From contig CBDBZY010000013.1 in assembly GCA_965213685.1 (NCBI GenBank), positions 61,987 to 125,986 on the forward strand: 64,000 nt of DNA. The letters run 5' to 3'. The notes under the pieces were generated by a model. The model was given only the letters and a program-made list of their open reading frames with translations, was not told the DNA's origin and made no database searches. The translations under genes were made by a program, and so were the position numbers. Below, one piece after another: positions 46,984 to 56,325 of this stretch. The first letter of the stretch is position 1. Every line of letters begins with the position of its first letter. The stretch comes from a bacterium (GTDB lineage: Bacteria > UBA8248).

Positions 46984-48957
46984 ATGAATGCGAAGATCTT
47001 TTGGTTGTTTGCCTTCGTGATATGCTACTGGGCCTACTGCATTTTCTGGGGCATCAAGTGCGCGCGAATGGCGCGAACGGCTGGGGACTATTTCATCGCG
47101 GGTCGGCAGCTGTCGATGTGGGTGTTCGTCCTGGCGGCGACGGCGACGTCCTTTTCGGGATGGACGTTCATGGGACACCCGGGGCTCGTCTATCGGGACG
47201 GGTTCCAGTATGCGTACGCCTCCTTCTACACCATCACCATCCCCTTTACCGGGGTGATATTCCTGAAGCGCCAGTGGATGCTGGGCAAGCGCTTCGGGTA
47301 CGTCACGCCCGGCGAGATGTTCTCCGACTACTTCCAGGGAGACGCGATACGCATCCTCACCGTCATCGTGGCCCTGCTCTTCTCGGTTCCCTATCTCGGC
47401 GTGCAGCTCGGCGCCTCGGGCTACCTGTTCAACGTGCTGACGGATAACCTCTTCAGCGTCAACATGGGCATGTGGCTGCTCTCCGCCGTCGTGCTGGTCT
47501 ACGTCGCGGCGGGGGGGCTGCGCGCCGTGGCCTACGTGGATACGCTCCAGTGCATTCTCCTCGCACTGGGCATCGTGATCACGGGCTTCATCGCGCTGAG
47601 CCTCGCGGGCGGCTGGGGCGCCCTGAACGACGGCCTCGCCAAGCTGGCGGCGTCGCCGGTGGGCAAGTGGGGGACGACGAAAGGATATGGCGGCGGGGAC
47701 TACAACGCCTATTTCGCCATACCCGGCGTCATCCAGTTCACGGCCGGCCTGGGCAAGCAAACCCCGGTGGGCGGCCTGTGGACGGGCGTCATGTGCCTGA
47801 CCTACATGTTCGCGCTCATGGGGATTCAGTCCTCCCCGGCGTTTTCGATGTGGGCGTTCTCGAACAACAACCCGCGCCCCTTCGCGCCGCAGCAGGTCTG
47901 GGCGTCCTCGGCGGGCATCGGGTTCATCCTGTTCTTCTTCACCGCGTTCCAGGGGATGGGCGCCCACCTTCTCGGCGCGAACCCGGCGGTGACGAAGGCG
48001 GGGATCGCGCTCTCCGACGCGCTGGCCGCGTCCATCGCGACGAAGCCGGATTCGCTGGTGCCCCACTATTTCAACCACATCGCGGACGCGGCGCCCTGGC
48101 TGGTCGGACTTCTGGCGGTCTGCGCGCTGGCCGCCATGCAGTCCACGGGAGCGGCGTATATGTCCACGGCGGGCGGAATGCTCACCCGCGACCTCTACAA
48201 GAGGTATATCAACCCCACGGCCTCGCACGAGGACCAGAAGCTCGCGGGCCGCATCGGCGTTCTGATCATCGTGGTGTCGGCGCTCCTTGTGGCGACGTTC
48301 TCGAGAGACGCGCTGGTGCTGCTGGGAGGACTCGCCGTCGCCTTCGGCTTCCAGATGTGGCCGGCGCTGGTGGCGGTGTGCTGGTACCCGAAAATTACCC
48401 GAGAGGGCGCCACCTGGGGGTTGGCGGCGGGTCTGCTGGCCGTCATCTTCACGGAGAATTTCGGCCTGACGATCCTCAAGGGGGTCGGCATCGACCTCTG
48501 GGGCCGCTGGCCGTGGACGATGCACTCCGCCGGCTGGGGCATCCTCTTCAACGTGGTGGTGTGCTGGGTTGTCTCGGCGAACACGCAGGACGCGCAGGCG
48601 GCGGCCCACCGGCAGAAGTATCATGACTTCCTGGCGGAGCATGCGTCGCTCTCGCCGGAGAAGCAGAGCCTCGTTCCCGCGGCGTGGGGCGTTACGCTGG
48701 CCTGGATGTTCTTCGGCATCGGCCCGGGCGCCGTCATCGGCAACTGGATATTCGGCGCGCCGGACAAGGGGCCGGGAGGCTGGACGTTCGGGATGCCCTC
48801 GATCTGGGCATGGCAGATTCTCTTCTGGGCACTGGGCGTGGGCATGATGTGGATGCTCGCCTACAAGATGGAGATGTCCACGGTGCCGGAAAAAGAGATC
48901 GAGGCGCTCGTGGAGGACATCGGCGACGTGGTTCCGCAGCAGGCGGGATCGTCCTAG
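46984..48957 (+). CDS. Sodium:solute symporter family protein
   Basis: DYFIAGR, ATSFSGWTF.G.PG, GGLRAVAY.D.LQ, LAAMQST; many TM segments; GAGGAGG RBS. Confidence 0.92.
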   Translation: MNAKIFWLFAFVICYWAYCIFWGIKCARMARTAGDYFIAGRQLSMWVFVLAATATSFSGWTFMGHPGLVYRDGFQYAYASFYTITIPFTGVIFLKRQWMLGKRFGYVTPGEMFSDYFQGDAIRILTVIVALLFSVPYLGVQLGASGYLFNVLTDNLFSVNMGMWLLSAVVLVYVAAGGLRAVAYVDTLQCILLALGIVITGFIALSLAGGWGALNDGLAKLAASPVGKWGTTKGYGGGDYNAYFAIPGVIQFTAGLGKQTPVGGLWTGVMCLTYMFALMGIQSSPAFSMWAFSNNNPRPFAPQQVWASSAGIGFILFFFTAFQGMGAHLLGANPAVTKAGIALSDALAASIATKPDSLVPHYFNHIADAAPWLVGLLAVCALAAMQSTGAAYMSTAGGMLTRDLYKRYINPTASHEDQKLAGRIGVLIIVVSALLVATFSRDALVLLGGLAVAFGFQMWPALVAVCWYPKITREGATWGLAAGLLAVIFTENFGLTILKGVGIDLWGRWPWTMHSAGWGILFNVVVCWVVSANTQDAQAAAHRQKYHDFLAEHASLSPEKQSLVPAAWGVTLAWMFFGIGPGAVIGNWIFGAPDKGPGGWTFGMPSIWAWQILFWALGVGMMWMLAYKMEMSTVPEKEIEALVEDIGDVVPQQAGSS

Positions 48958-49060
48958 GCGGCGAGACCGCGCTGGCGCAGGCGTCATCATGCGGGGGAGG
49001 GGGCGAGCGCGGCCTCTCCCCCGCGTTGTTTTTCCGCCGCCCTGATGGCAGAGCGACCCG

Positions 49061-49300
49061 ATGGCTGAACTGTTCTCCGTAAGATACATGCTGCTCTGGG
49101 CACTCGCGCTCGCAGCCGCGCTGTTCCTGCCCGTGCGCCAACTCATCTGGGTGCTCTACGTCAGGCGCGCGGAGCGGGACGGCGCGGAGACCTCCGGGGA
49201 GGAGCGCCTCGCCCTCAAAAGGCGCGCGGGCGTGACGGCCCTGCTGCTGAGCTTCGTGTTCTCCTATTTCTATATCGCCCACCTGTTCCGGGGGCCGTGA
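49061..49300 (+). CDS. Small two-TM hypothetical protein
   Basis: LF.PVRQLIW.LYVRR and LKRRA..TA.LL; overlaps the next gene. Confidence 0.7.
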   Translation: MAELFSVRYMLLWALALAAALFLPVRQLIWVLYVRRAERDGAETSGEERLALKRRAGVTALLLSFVFSYFYIAHLFRGP

Positions 49301-49911
49301 TGGGCGCGCGCGTCATGAGGCGCTTCATCAAGAACATGGCGATTCTCATTTTCGTCATGTTCTCCCTCTGGGTGCTTTGGCAGATGTACGCCGAGGAGCG
49401 GCCCGGGGATTACGACACCCGCCAGGGCGACATCCGCCTGAGCGAGGGGAGCCTCGAGGAGGCGATGGCGAGCTTCCGCCGCGCCCTGCGCGAGAAGCCG
49501 AACCATCGCGGCGCGCTGATGGGCCGCGCGCTGGTCCACATCCGGATGCGCGAATACGGGAAGGCCGCCTCCGCCCTCACCCACCTGATCGGCTATCTCC
49601 GGCAAACCCTGGACGCCGCCGACGCGACGGGCAACGCCGTCCTGGCGGCGGCCTACGCCAACCGGGGAATCGTCCATGACAGGGAGGGGCGCTACCGGGA
49701 GGCGCTCGCCGACTACCTCGAGGCGCTCCGGACCGACTCCGGAGCGGTGAAGGGGCCGGGGATCATCGACAAGGTCATATACGGCACGCCGAACCCCTCC
49801 TCCGTGCGCGGGCGCGCGGCGTACCTGAAAGAACAGCTGGCGCTTCCGCCGGAGAGGCGCCTGTGGCGGGTGCCGGAAATCGACGCCGCCCAGCGGATGC
49901 ACAAGCCCTAG
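49297..49911 (+). CDS. Membrane-anchored TPR protein
   Basis: N-terminal TM; TPR-like A...F..AL...P and AYANRG.......GRY..AL.DY..AL. Confidence 0.8.
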   Translation: MMGARVMRRFIKNMAILIFVMFSLWVLWQMYAEERPGDYDTRQGDIRLSEGSLEEAMASFRRALREKPNHRGALMGRALVHIRMREYGKAASALTHLIGYLRQTLDAADATGNAVLAAAYANRGIVHDREGRYREALADYLEALRTDSGAVKGPGIIDKVIYGTPNPSSVRGRAAYLKEQLALPPERRLWRVPEIDAAQRMHKP

Positions 49912-49948
49912 AAGCCCCCCTCGGCGAGGCCTCCCGCGCCGCCTGTGC

Positions 49949-50149
49949 TCAAAAGCGGACGAGGCCGAGCACGTCCTGGAACAGCACGAGAAAGAAGAAC
50001 ACAGCGGCGATGCAGCCGAAGAGCAGATGAACGAAGTCGGTCTCGCCGTCGGGGTTTCGCGTGCGGATGGCCTTGATGGCGATGAAGCCCGTGGTAAACA
50101 GGAAGAGGAAGTTCACGGCCTGCTCGTTTTCTCCCGCGAATTCAAACAT
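49949..50149 (-). CDS. Small two-TM hypothetical protein
   Basis: Two hydrophobic helices flanking GETDFVHLLFGCIA. Confidence 0.65.
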   Translation of the reverse strand: MFEFAGENEQAVNFLFLFTTGFIAIKAIRTRNPDGETDFVHLLFGCIAAVFFFLVLFQDVLGLVRF

Positions 50150-50200
50150 GGGGCGGCCTCGATCGGGAAGTGGGGGAGCGGGAAGTGTGCCCCGCGCCGC

Positions 50201-50704
50201 CTAGCGGCCCGGCGCCAGGGATGTTCCCTGGATTCTGCGCTCCTTCTCCATGTCCTGGAGTTCTTTCTGGGTGAAGTAGGGCGGCAGGAAAGAGGCGCTC
50301 TCCCCGGCGACCAGATGGCTGAGCCAGAGGACGCCGGTCATGAGCGACACCAGCATGACGGCGATCATCGCGAAGCGCCAGACGTCCCGGGGCAGCCTTT
50401 CGCCATAATCCCTGTCGTAACGGTGATAGGCGGGGTCCGCCTCGTCCAGTGCGCCCTGCCCGTCCAGTGCCAGTATGTGATGGGCGTGGTGCCGCGCCCA
50501 GTAGGGCACCTGGTCATGCAGCATATAGGCCATGAACATGCGGTTGATGACCTCCTCGGGCATCTCCTCCCCGTGCCACCGGCTATAGGCGAGCTGGAGA
50601 AACTGAAACTCTCCCACCTGCAGCAGATTGGCCGCCCTGGCGACTTCCGCGCGTTGTGCCGACTCCTCCCGATCCGGTCGAATGAGCGTCTGAAGCAAGG
50701 TCAT
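50201..50704 (-). CDS. Hypothetical membrane protein
   Basis: GGAGGAG RBS; AA.LL..GEFQ..QLAY..W and VP.WARH motifs; one C-terminal TM. Confidence 0.7.
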   Translation of the reverse strand: MTLLQTLIRPDREESAQRAEVARAANLLQVGEFQFLQLAYSRWHGEEMPEEVINRMFMAYMLHDQVPYWARHHAHHILALDGQGALDEADPAYHRYDRDYGERLPRDVWRFAMIAVMLVSLMTGVLWLSHLVAGESASFLPPYFTQKELQDMEKERRIQGTSLAPGR

Positions 50705-50939
50705 GGCGGCTCCTCCGGCGGTGCCCACGAGAAAGCCCGGGCGTCGAACAACCGCCCCCCCACCCTAGGGCCTTTGTGGGGGCCGCGTCAAATTTCATCT
50801 CGGGGCACCGGGGGCCAGCCTCTCGCCCCGGAAACCGCCATCCGGAGTCCCCGCCTTTTTGTGGTATGATGCCCGCATCCGCAACAGGTTCTTTGGCGGT
50901 CTGTTTTTCTTTCGCGCTTTTCTCCGGGGAGGTCATCTC

Positions 50940-51910
50940 ATGAAACGGACACATCTTGGCGTCGGGGTCGCGGTTGTTGCGGCGTTTGCTTTCGCGGCCG
51001 GTGCCTCCGCGCAATCGGTCACCATTCTGGGCGGCGGCCTCAAGGGGCAGCCCTATCAGTTCGCCGTGGGGCTGAGCAAAATCCTGAAGGCCAGGGCGGG
51101 CGTCAGCGCCACGCCCCAATCGGCCAAGGGCATGGTGGCGCAGGCGCGCATCATCGCCAAGGGGCAGGCGCATTTCGCGTGGGGCCTGGGCGGGCCGGTG
51201 GGCGCATGGGCCTACCAGGGCACGAGGCGCTTTCAGAAGGAGGGCCCCAAGAAAAACCTGCGCGCCATCCTGGCGTATCCGTTCGGCCAGTTTCAATGGC
51301 TGGCGCTGGGGGATTCCGGCATCATGAGCGTGAAGGATTTTCAGGGCAAGAGGGTATCGGTGGGTTCCGCCGCGAGCACGACCCAGACGTACGCGCGCTA
51401 CCTTTTTTCTCCGCGCACGGCCTGAAAAAAGGCGACTACAAGGAGAGCACGCCCGGTTTCCGGGGCGGATTCGGCCAGTTGCGCAACGGCAACGTGGACG
51501 CCCACCTCACGATGGGCATGGCGCCGATGGGCGTCGTGCAGGAGTTGGCGGCGCTCAAGAAGATTCGCCTCGTGGATATGGACGCAGCGGCCGTGAAGCA
51601 TGTGGTGGACACATACGGTCCCGGCCTTACGGCGACCACCATCCCGCCGGGCGCGTATGGCAAGAACCAGGTGAACAAGAAGCCGGTGCGCACCATCTTC
51701 ATCAACTTCGGCTTCTCCACCAGCACCCGCGTGAGCGCCGAGACCGTCTACAAGGTGACCAAAACCCTGTTCGGCAACCTCCGGGAATTCTACGGCACGG
51801 CCAAGGCGGCGAAGAACGTAACGCTCGAGGGCGCCTGCGCGGGCCTCTCCTTCCCGCTGCACGAAGGCGCCAGGCGGTATTACAAGGAGGTGGGCGCCAA
51901 GGGTTGCTAG
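50940..51910 (+). CDS. TAXI family TRAP transporter solute-binding subunit, frameshifted at ~51401-51408
   Basis: Signal peptide; I.S..D..GKRVSVG..AS and PLH.GA.RYYKE; one extra base near a T run. Confidence 0.85.
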
Positions 51911-52024
51911 CGCGCGGCCCCCGGGTTTTGCAAATCCACGAATCCCTCCCCCTGTGCGGCCAGGGCTGAAATCCGCAAGGGGGAGGGGGGATTTCTTTCC
52001 GCGTTCCCGGAGGGATGCGCCCCA

Positions 52025-54439
52025 TTGAACGCCTATCGGAGGGTCCGCGCCCGAATCGTGATGGCGCTCGCGCTGGGCTTCTCCCTGTTCGAACTCTACA
52101 CCGTCGGTTTCGGGATTCTCTCCCCGTTTGCGCAGCGCGCGACGATGCTCGCCTTTGCGAGCGTCCTGGTTTTCCTCACCAGGCCTTTTCTGGACTGGGA
52201 CAAGCGCGAGGACATGGCGCAGCCCGCCCGGGCGCTGGCGGTCGGGTGGGACGCCCTTTTCATCGGCCTCGCGCTGTGGGCCTGCGCCTACCTCATCGTC
52301 GAGGAGGAGGCGCTTGCGGACAGGAGCGGAGCCGAGACGGCGGTCGATCTCCTCGTGGCGGGCCTCGGGCCCCTCATGCTGCTGGAGATGGTGCGCCGCG
52401 CGGTGGGCGTCCCCCTGTTTCTGGTGACGCTCTGCGTCGTGGTCTACGCCTATCTGGGCGACGTGGCGCTCATCTTTTTCTCCGGCGTCTTTGTGTTCGT
52501 GGCGATAAGGCGCGCCGCCGGCCTGCGGGTCGCTTGCGGGTTCGCCCTCCTCGGCCTCGCCTTTTTCCTGTGGCCCGGGCGCGGCCTTCTGGACCCCGCC
52601 GCCTACGCCTTCCAGGGCGAGGAGCATGGCCGGCTGGCCGCCTATCTCTGGCTCACCTCCGAGGGCACGTTCGGCACCATCTCGGCCATCATGAGCGAGT
52701 TCATCTTCATCTTCATCCTGTTCTCCGCCCTGCTCGAGGCGACGGGAACCGGGCAGACGCTCATCGGCCTGGCGTTCGCCTTGACGGGCCGCTTTCGCGG
52801 CGGACCCGCCCAGGCGGCCGTGGTGGCCAGCTCGATGTTCGGCATGGTTTCCGGCTCCACGATGGCCAACGTGGTGAGCACGGGCACGTTCACGATACCG
52901 CTGATGATTCGCACCGGATTCTCCCGGCTGTTCGCCGGCGCGGTGGAGGCGGTGGCCTCATGCGGCGGGCAGATAGTGCCGCCCATCATGGGCGCGAGCG
53001 TCTTCATTATGGCGGAGCTGATAGAGGTGCCCTACATTTTCCTGATGCTCTACGGGCTGGTTCCCGCCTTTCTGTATTACTTCAGCCTCTCCACGTCGAT
53101 TTACTTTGAAGCGCGCAGACTGGACCTCCGCCGGCTCGACCGCTCGGAGATACCGAGTGCCCGCGCGCAGGCGGCACAGGGGGGCTACCTCCTGATTCCC
53201 GTGGTCGTTCTGCTGGCCAGCATCATGAGCGGCGAGACGCCGGGGCTGGCGGGATTCAAGGCGGTGGTCTCGCTTGTGGTGATGGTGGACATGGTGCGCG
53301 CGCTGCGGGTGATTCGGGCGCACCGCGGGCGGGCGGGCGTGTATCTGGCGGGCGGGCTGATGCTGGCCGCCGTCTTGCTCTCCTTCGGGCCGGTGCGCGC
53401 GCCGGTCGCCATCTCCCAGGAGGTCCCGCTTCCGCTCTGGGGCGAGGTTCCGCTCCACCGGCTGGCGCTGTTTCTGGCGGGGATCTGCTTCGCGCTGGTC
53501 CCGGCGTGGCGCGGGCTGCCCATCGCCTTTCCGATCGCACTCGCGTTGATGCGGTGGAGGATACCGCCCGAACTCTTGTGGATGGGGCAGATCCCCTTCG
53601 TCGGCCTTTTGCTGCCCGTCGCGGCGTTGTGCCTGGTGGCGTATTTGATAGCCCTGCCCGTGTTTCGGGCGCAGGAGACGCTGGAGGCGAAGGCGAGTGC
53701 CCGCGACCTCGCCCGCGCCGTGCTCGCGAGCCTGGAGGCGGGCGCCAAGAACTCCCTGGGCCTGGTCGCCGCAACATCCGCCATCGGCCTCATCGTCGGC
53801 CTTCTGGTGCTGGCCGCCCTCGGCGTTCGCATATCCATTCTGGTGACGGAGATGGCCTCGACCTCCTTGTTCCTGGCGTTTTTCCTGGTCATGCTCGCAT
53901 CGCTCGTGATGGGCATGGGGCTGCCGACCATCGCCGCCTATCTGCTGCTGGTGATAGTGGTGGCGCCGTCGGTCACCTCCCTGGGGGCACCACTGGTGGC
54001 CGCCCATTTTTTCATTTTCTATTTCGGGGTCATCAGCTCCATCACGCCGCCGGTGGCGCTGGCCGCCTATGCGGCGTCGGGCATATCGGCCGCGAATCCG
54101 ATGCAGACGGGCTTCACCGCCTGCAGGCTGGCCGTCACCGCCTTCATCGTGCCCTACCTGTTCGTCTACTACCCGGAGCTGCTGCTGATCCAGGGGACGT
54201 TCTGGACGGTGGCCTACCGCCTCGCCGTGAGTTGCGCCGGCATCGCGTTTCTCTCGATGGCGACGATGGGGTTCGGCCGCGCCCCCCTGGACGCGCCGAC
54301 GCGAATCGTGATGACGGGCGCGTCCCTGCTCCTGTTTCTGGGCCCCACGCCGTTCCACGCCGCCGGGCTGGCCGCAGGAGGGGTTGCCCTGTTCCGGGGG
54401 AGGGGAAAAAAACGCGGCGCGGAGGCGGGCGGTTCCTGA
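52025..54439 (+). CDS. TRAP transporter fused 4TM/12TM permease
   Basis: GGPA, SGS..ANV..TG.FTIP, PP.MGA, GMGLPT..AY, ITPPVALAAY. Confidence 0.92.
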   Translation: MNAYRRVRARIVMALALGFSLFELYTVGFGILSPFAQRATMLAFASVLVFLTRPFLDWDKREDMAQPARALAVGWDALFIGLALWACAYLIVEEEALADRSGAETAVDLLVAGLGPLMLLEMVRRAVGVPLFLVTLCVVVYAYLGDVALIFFSGVFVFVAIRRAAGLRVACGFALLGLAFFLWPGRGLLDPAAYAFQGEEHGRLAAYLWLTSEGTFGTISAIMSEFIFIFILFSALLEATGTGQTLIGLAFALTGRFRGGPAQAAVVASSMFGMVSGSTMANVVSTGTFTIPLMIRTGFSRLFAGAVEAVASCGGQIVPPIMGASVFIMAELIEVPYIFLMLYGLVPAFLYYFSLSTSIYFEARRLDLRRLDRSEIPSARAQAAQGGYLLIPVVVLLASIMSGETPGLAGFKAVVSLVVMVDMVRALRVIRAHRGRAGVYLAGGLMLAAVLLSFGPVRAPVAISQEVPLPLWGEVPLHRLALFLAGICFALVPAWRGLPIAFPIALALMRWRIPPELLWMGQIPFVGLLLPVAALCLVAYLIALPVFRAQETLEAKASARDLARAVLASLEAGAKNSLGLVAATSAIGLIVGLLVLAALGVRISILVTEMASTSLFLAFFLVMLASLVMGMGLPTIAAYLLLVIVVAPSVTSLGAPLVAAHFFIFYFGVISSITPPVALAAYAASGISAANPMQTGFTACRLAVTAFIVPYLFVYYPELLLIQGTFWTVAYRLAVSCAGIAFLSMATMGFGRAPLDAPTRIVMTGASLLLFLGPTPFHAAGLAAGGVALFRGRGKKRGAEAGGS

Positions 54440-54481
54440 ACGGAGGCGGCCGGGGGGCCGGGTCTCGCGGGCGAGGGAGCG

Positions 54482-56095
54482 CTACTCGGCGGCCGTCCTT
54501 TCGGCTTCCTCGCGGAAGATATCCGCGTGTTTTTTCTCGAACAGGTCCTTGCCCACGGCCAGCTGCATGGTGGCCGGCATGACTTCCCTGGCGAGCGCGA
54601 TCATCTGCCTCGATTTGTTCCGGATGTCCCACTGGGCGTGGGGGTGATTCCGAAGCCGCGATATGTGGTAGAGCTCGCGCGCGTTCGCGGAGAACAGCGC
54701 GCGCCGCTGGTGGGCGTTCGTGAGAACGTAGGGTGCGGCGAGCGGCGCATGTGCTAAGATTTTCTCGTATGCGGCGTTGGTCTGCTCGATGATGGCTTGA
54801 AATTCCTCCGCGGCGCCCGACTCGGCGATGGCGTCCGGGACGGTGACGCCGAGGGCGACGTCGTAGGGCTGGGCGTTCAGGGTGGCCATGCGGTGGCGCT
54901 TCAGCTGCCCGAAGCAGGCGGCGGAGAGCGTCACCTCGAACACGCAGCGGACGTTCTCGAATTCGCGCAGGACGGAGTCGTGTTCGCACATGTGCCGGAA
55001 GGTGGAGGCGATGAAGCGCGCGATCGCATCCGCGTCCATCTGCTGGACCGCCGCCTGGCAGAGGCCCATCGGCTTCCCGGACCCGGAATGGAGGAGTGCT
55101 GCGGCGACGAGCCTGTCGGCGTCCGGCGTGGCGTCGATGAGGGAGACGTCCTTCCGCGCCCTGGGCTGGGCGGGCGCCGTCTCACCGGCCATTCCCCCGA
55201 GTATCTCGGCCGCCGCCTCCCGGAGCGACTCCCGGGTGCGGAGGTTGTATTCCGTGGGGTCCGTGTATTTGACCAGGGAGGGGGCGACGCCCTCGATGGC
55301 CTTATAGAGCTTCTTGCTGTATTCGCGCACCTCCGCCAAGGGGTGGGAGGCGCAGCGGCTGATGACGTGCTCGAGGTTCCGGGCGTTGAGCGTCATGCCG
55401 ATTTGCGATTCCGTGGCGAGCGAGACGACGTAGCGCGCGTCCTCCTTGGCCAAACCCTCCAGGGTCTTGTGGTTCCTCTTGCTGGCGGCGAGTTTCTCGT
55501 TTTTCTTTTGTGCGAACACCCAGGGCCTCAGCTTCGCGTAGAGGGCGTGGTAGCAGGCGTTTTGGGCCTTGACGGTCTGCACGAACAGGCGCTTGAGGCC
55601 GCCGGCCTTCTCGATTTCCGCGGGCACGACGAAGTCGTCCTCGAGCAGGACGTAGCGCTGGCTTCTCTCGGTGTAGGAAATCAGCCGGAACTTCTCGATC
55701 TCCTCCACCGCGTAGCGGCTCGCGCCGATGACGTCGATGTTGAAGCTCGCGTGCTCGGCCACCGAGCTGTGCCCGAAACCGAAGATGATGGTACGGTTGC
55801 TCTTGCGCGCCTTTTCCACCTCGCGGCGCGCGGCGGCGCGAAGCTCTTCTATGGGCCGGGAGTTGCGGCTGATGCGCGCGTAGGACGCGCTGATGGTCTC
55901 GGGGGTCAGGTTGCCGCGCGTCAGGAAGTCGGCGGCCCGGCGCTGAAGCTCCGCCGCCTGCGCCCGCAGCTCGTCCTCGCCCATGGCGTCGAGGGGGCGC
56001 TTCCCCCCGCCGCGGGCCGCAGGCTCGAGGATGTCCTCTTTCAGCTCGTGGAGCGCTCCCACGTCCACGTTATGGCCGGCAAGGACAATGCGCAT
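54482..56095 (-). CDS. thyX: FAD-dependent thymidylate synthase, tandem two-domain form
   Basis: GHSSVAEH, SYTERSQRY, EDARY, NAR.L.H in domain 1; QLKRHR, NAREL.H..LR..HAQWDIR in domain 2. Confidence 0.85.
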   Translation of the reverse strand: MRIVLAGHNVDVGALHELKEDILEPAARGGGKRPLDAMGEDELRAQAAELQRRAADFLTRGNLTPETISASYARISRNSRPIEELRAAARREVEKARKSNRTIIFGFGHSSVAEHASFNIDVIGASRYAVEEIEKFRLISYTERSQRYVLLEDDFVVPAEIEKAGGLKRLFVQTVKAQNACYHALYAKLRPWVFAQKKNEKLAASKRNHKTLEGLAKEDARYVVSLATESQIGMTLNARNLEHVISRCASHPLAEVREYSKKLYKAIEGVAPSLVKYTDPTEYNLRTRESLREAAAEILGGMAGETAPAQPRARKDVSLIDATPDADRLVAAALLHSGSGKPMGLCQAAVQQMDADAIARFIASTFRHMCEHDSVLREFENVRCVFEVTLSAACFGQLKRHRMATLNAQPYDVALGVTVPDAIAESGAAEEFQAIIEQTNAAYEKILAHAPLAAPYVLTNAHQRRALFSANARELYHISRLRNHPHAQWDIRNKSRQMIALAREVMPATMQLAVGKDLFEKKHADIFREEAERTAAE

Positions 56096-56100
56096 CCGCC

Positions 56101-56190
56101 AATTCTAATAGGAAATAATGTAATATACTAGCGATTTTTCCCTTGACAGATCAATGGTAAATAAGATAAAATTTTAATAAGGATTTTAGT
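56101..56190. promoter_or_regulatory. AT-rich divergent promoter region (thyX / RND operon)
   Basis: TTGACA(56143)-N18-TAAAAT on +; TTGATC-N18-TAGTAT on -. Confidence 0.6.
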
Positions 56191-56325
56191 ATCCATCCTC
56201 TTCGTTGCCGTTTTCGTCCATTTGCGATTTCGCCGTGGATTTGGGATGCTCTTACGTTGTCATGTCGCCTTGCCGCTCTCCCGGGTGCGCGTTTTGCGCG
56301 CCTCGCATGGGAAACAGATAGACAC

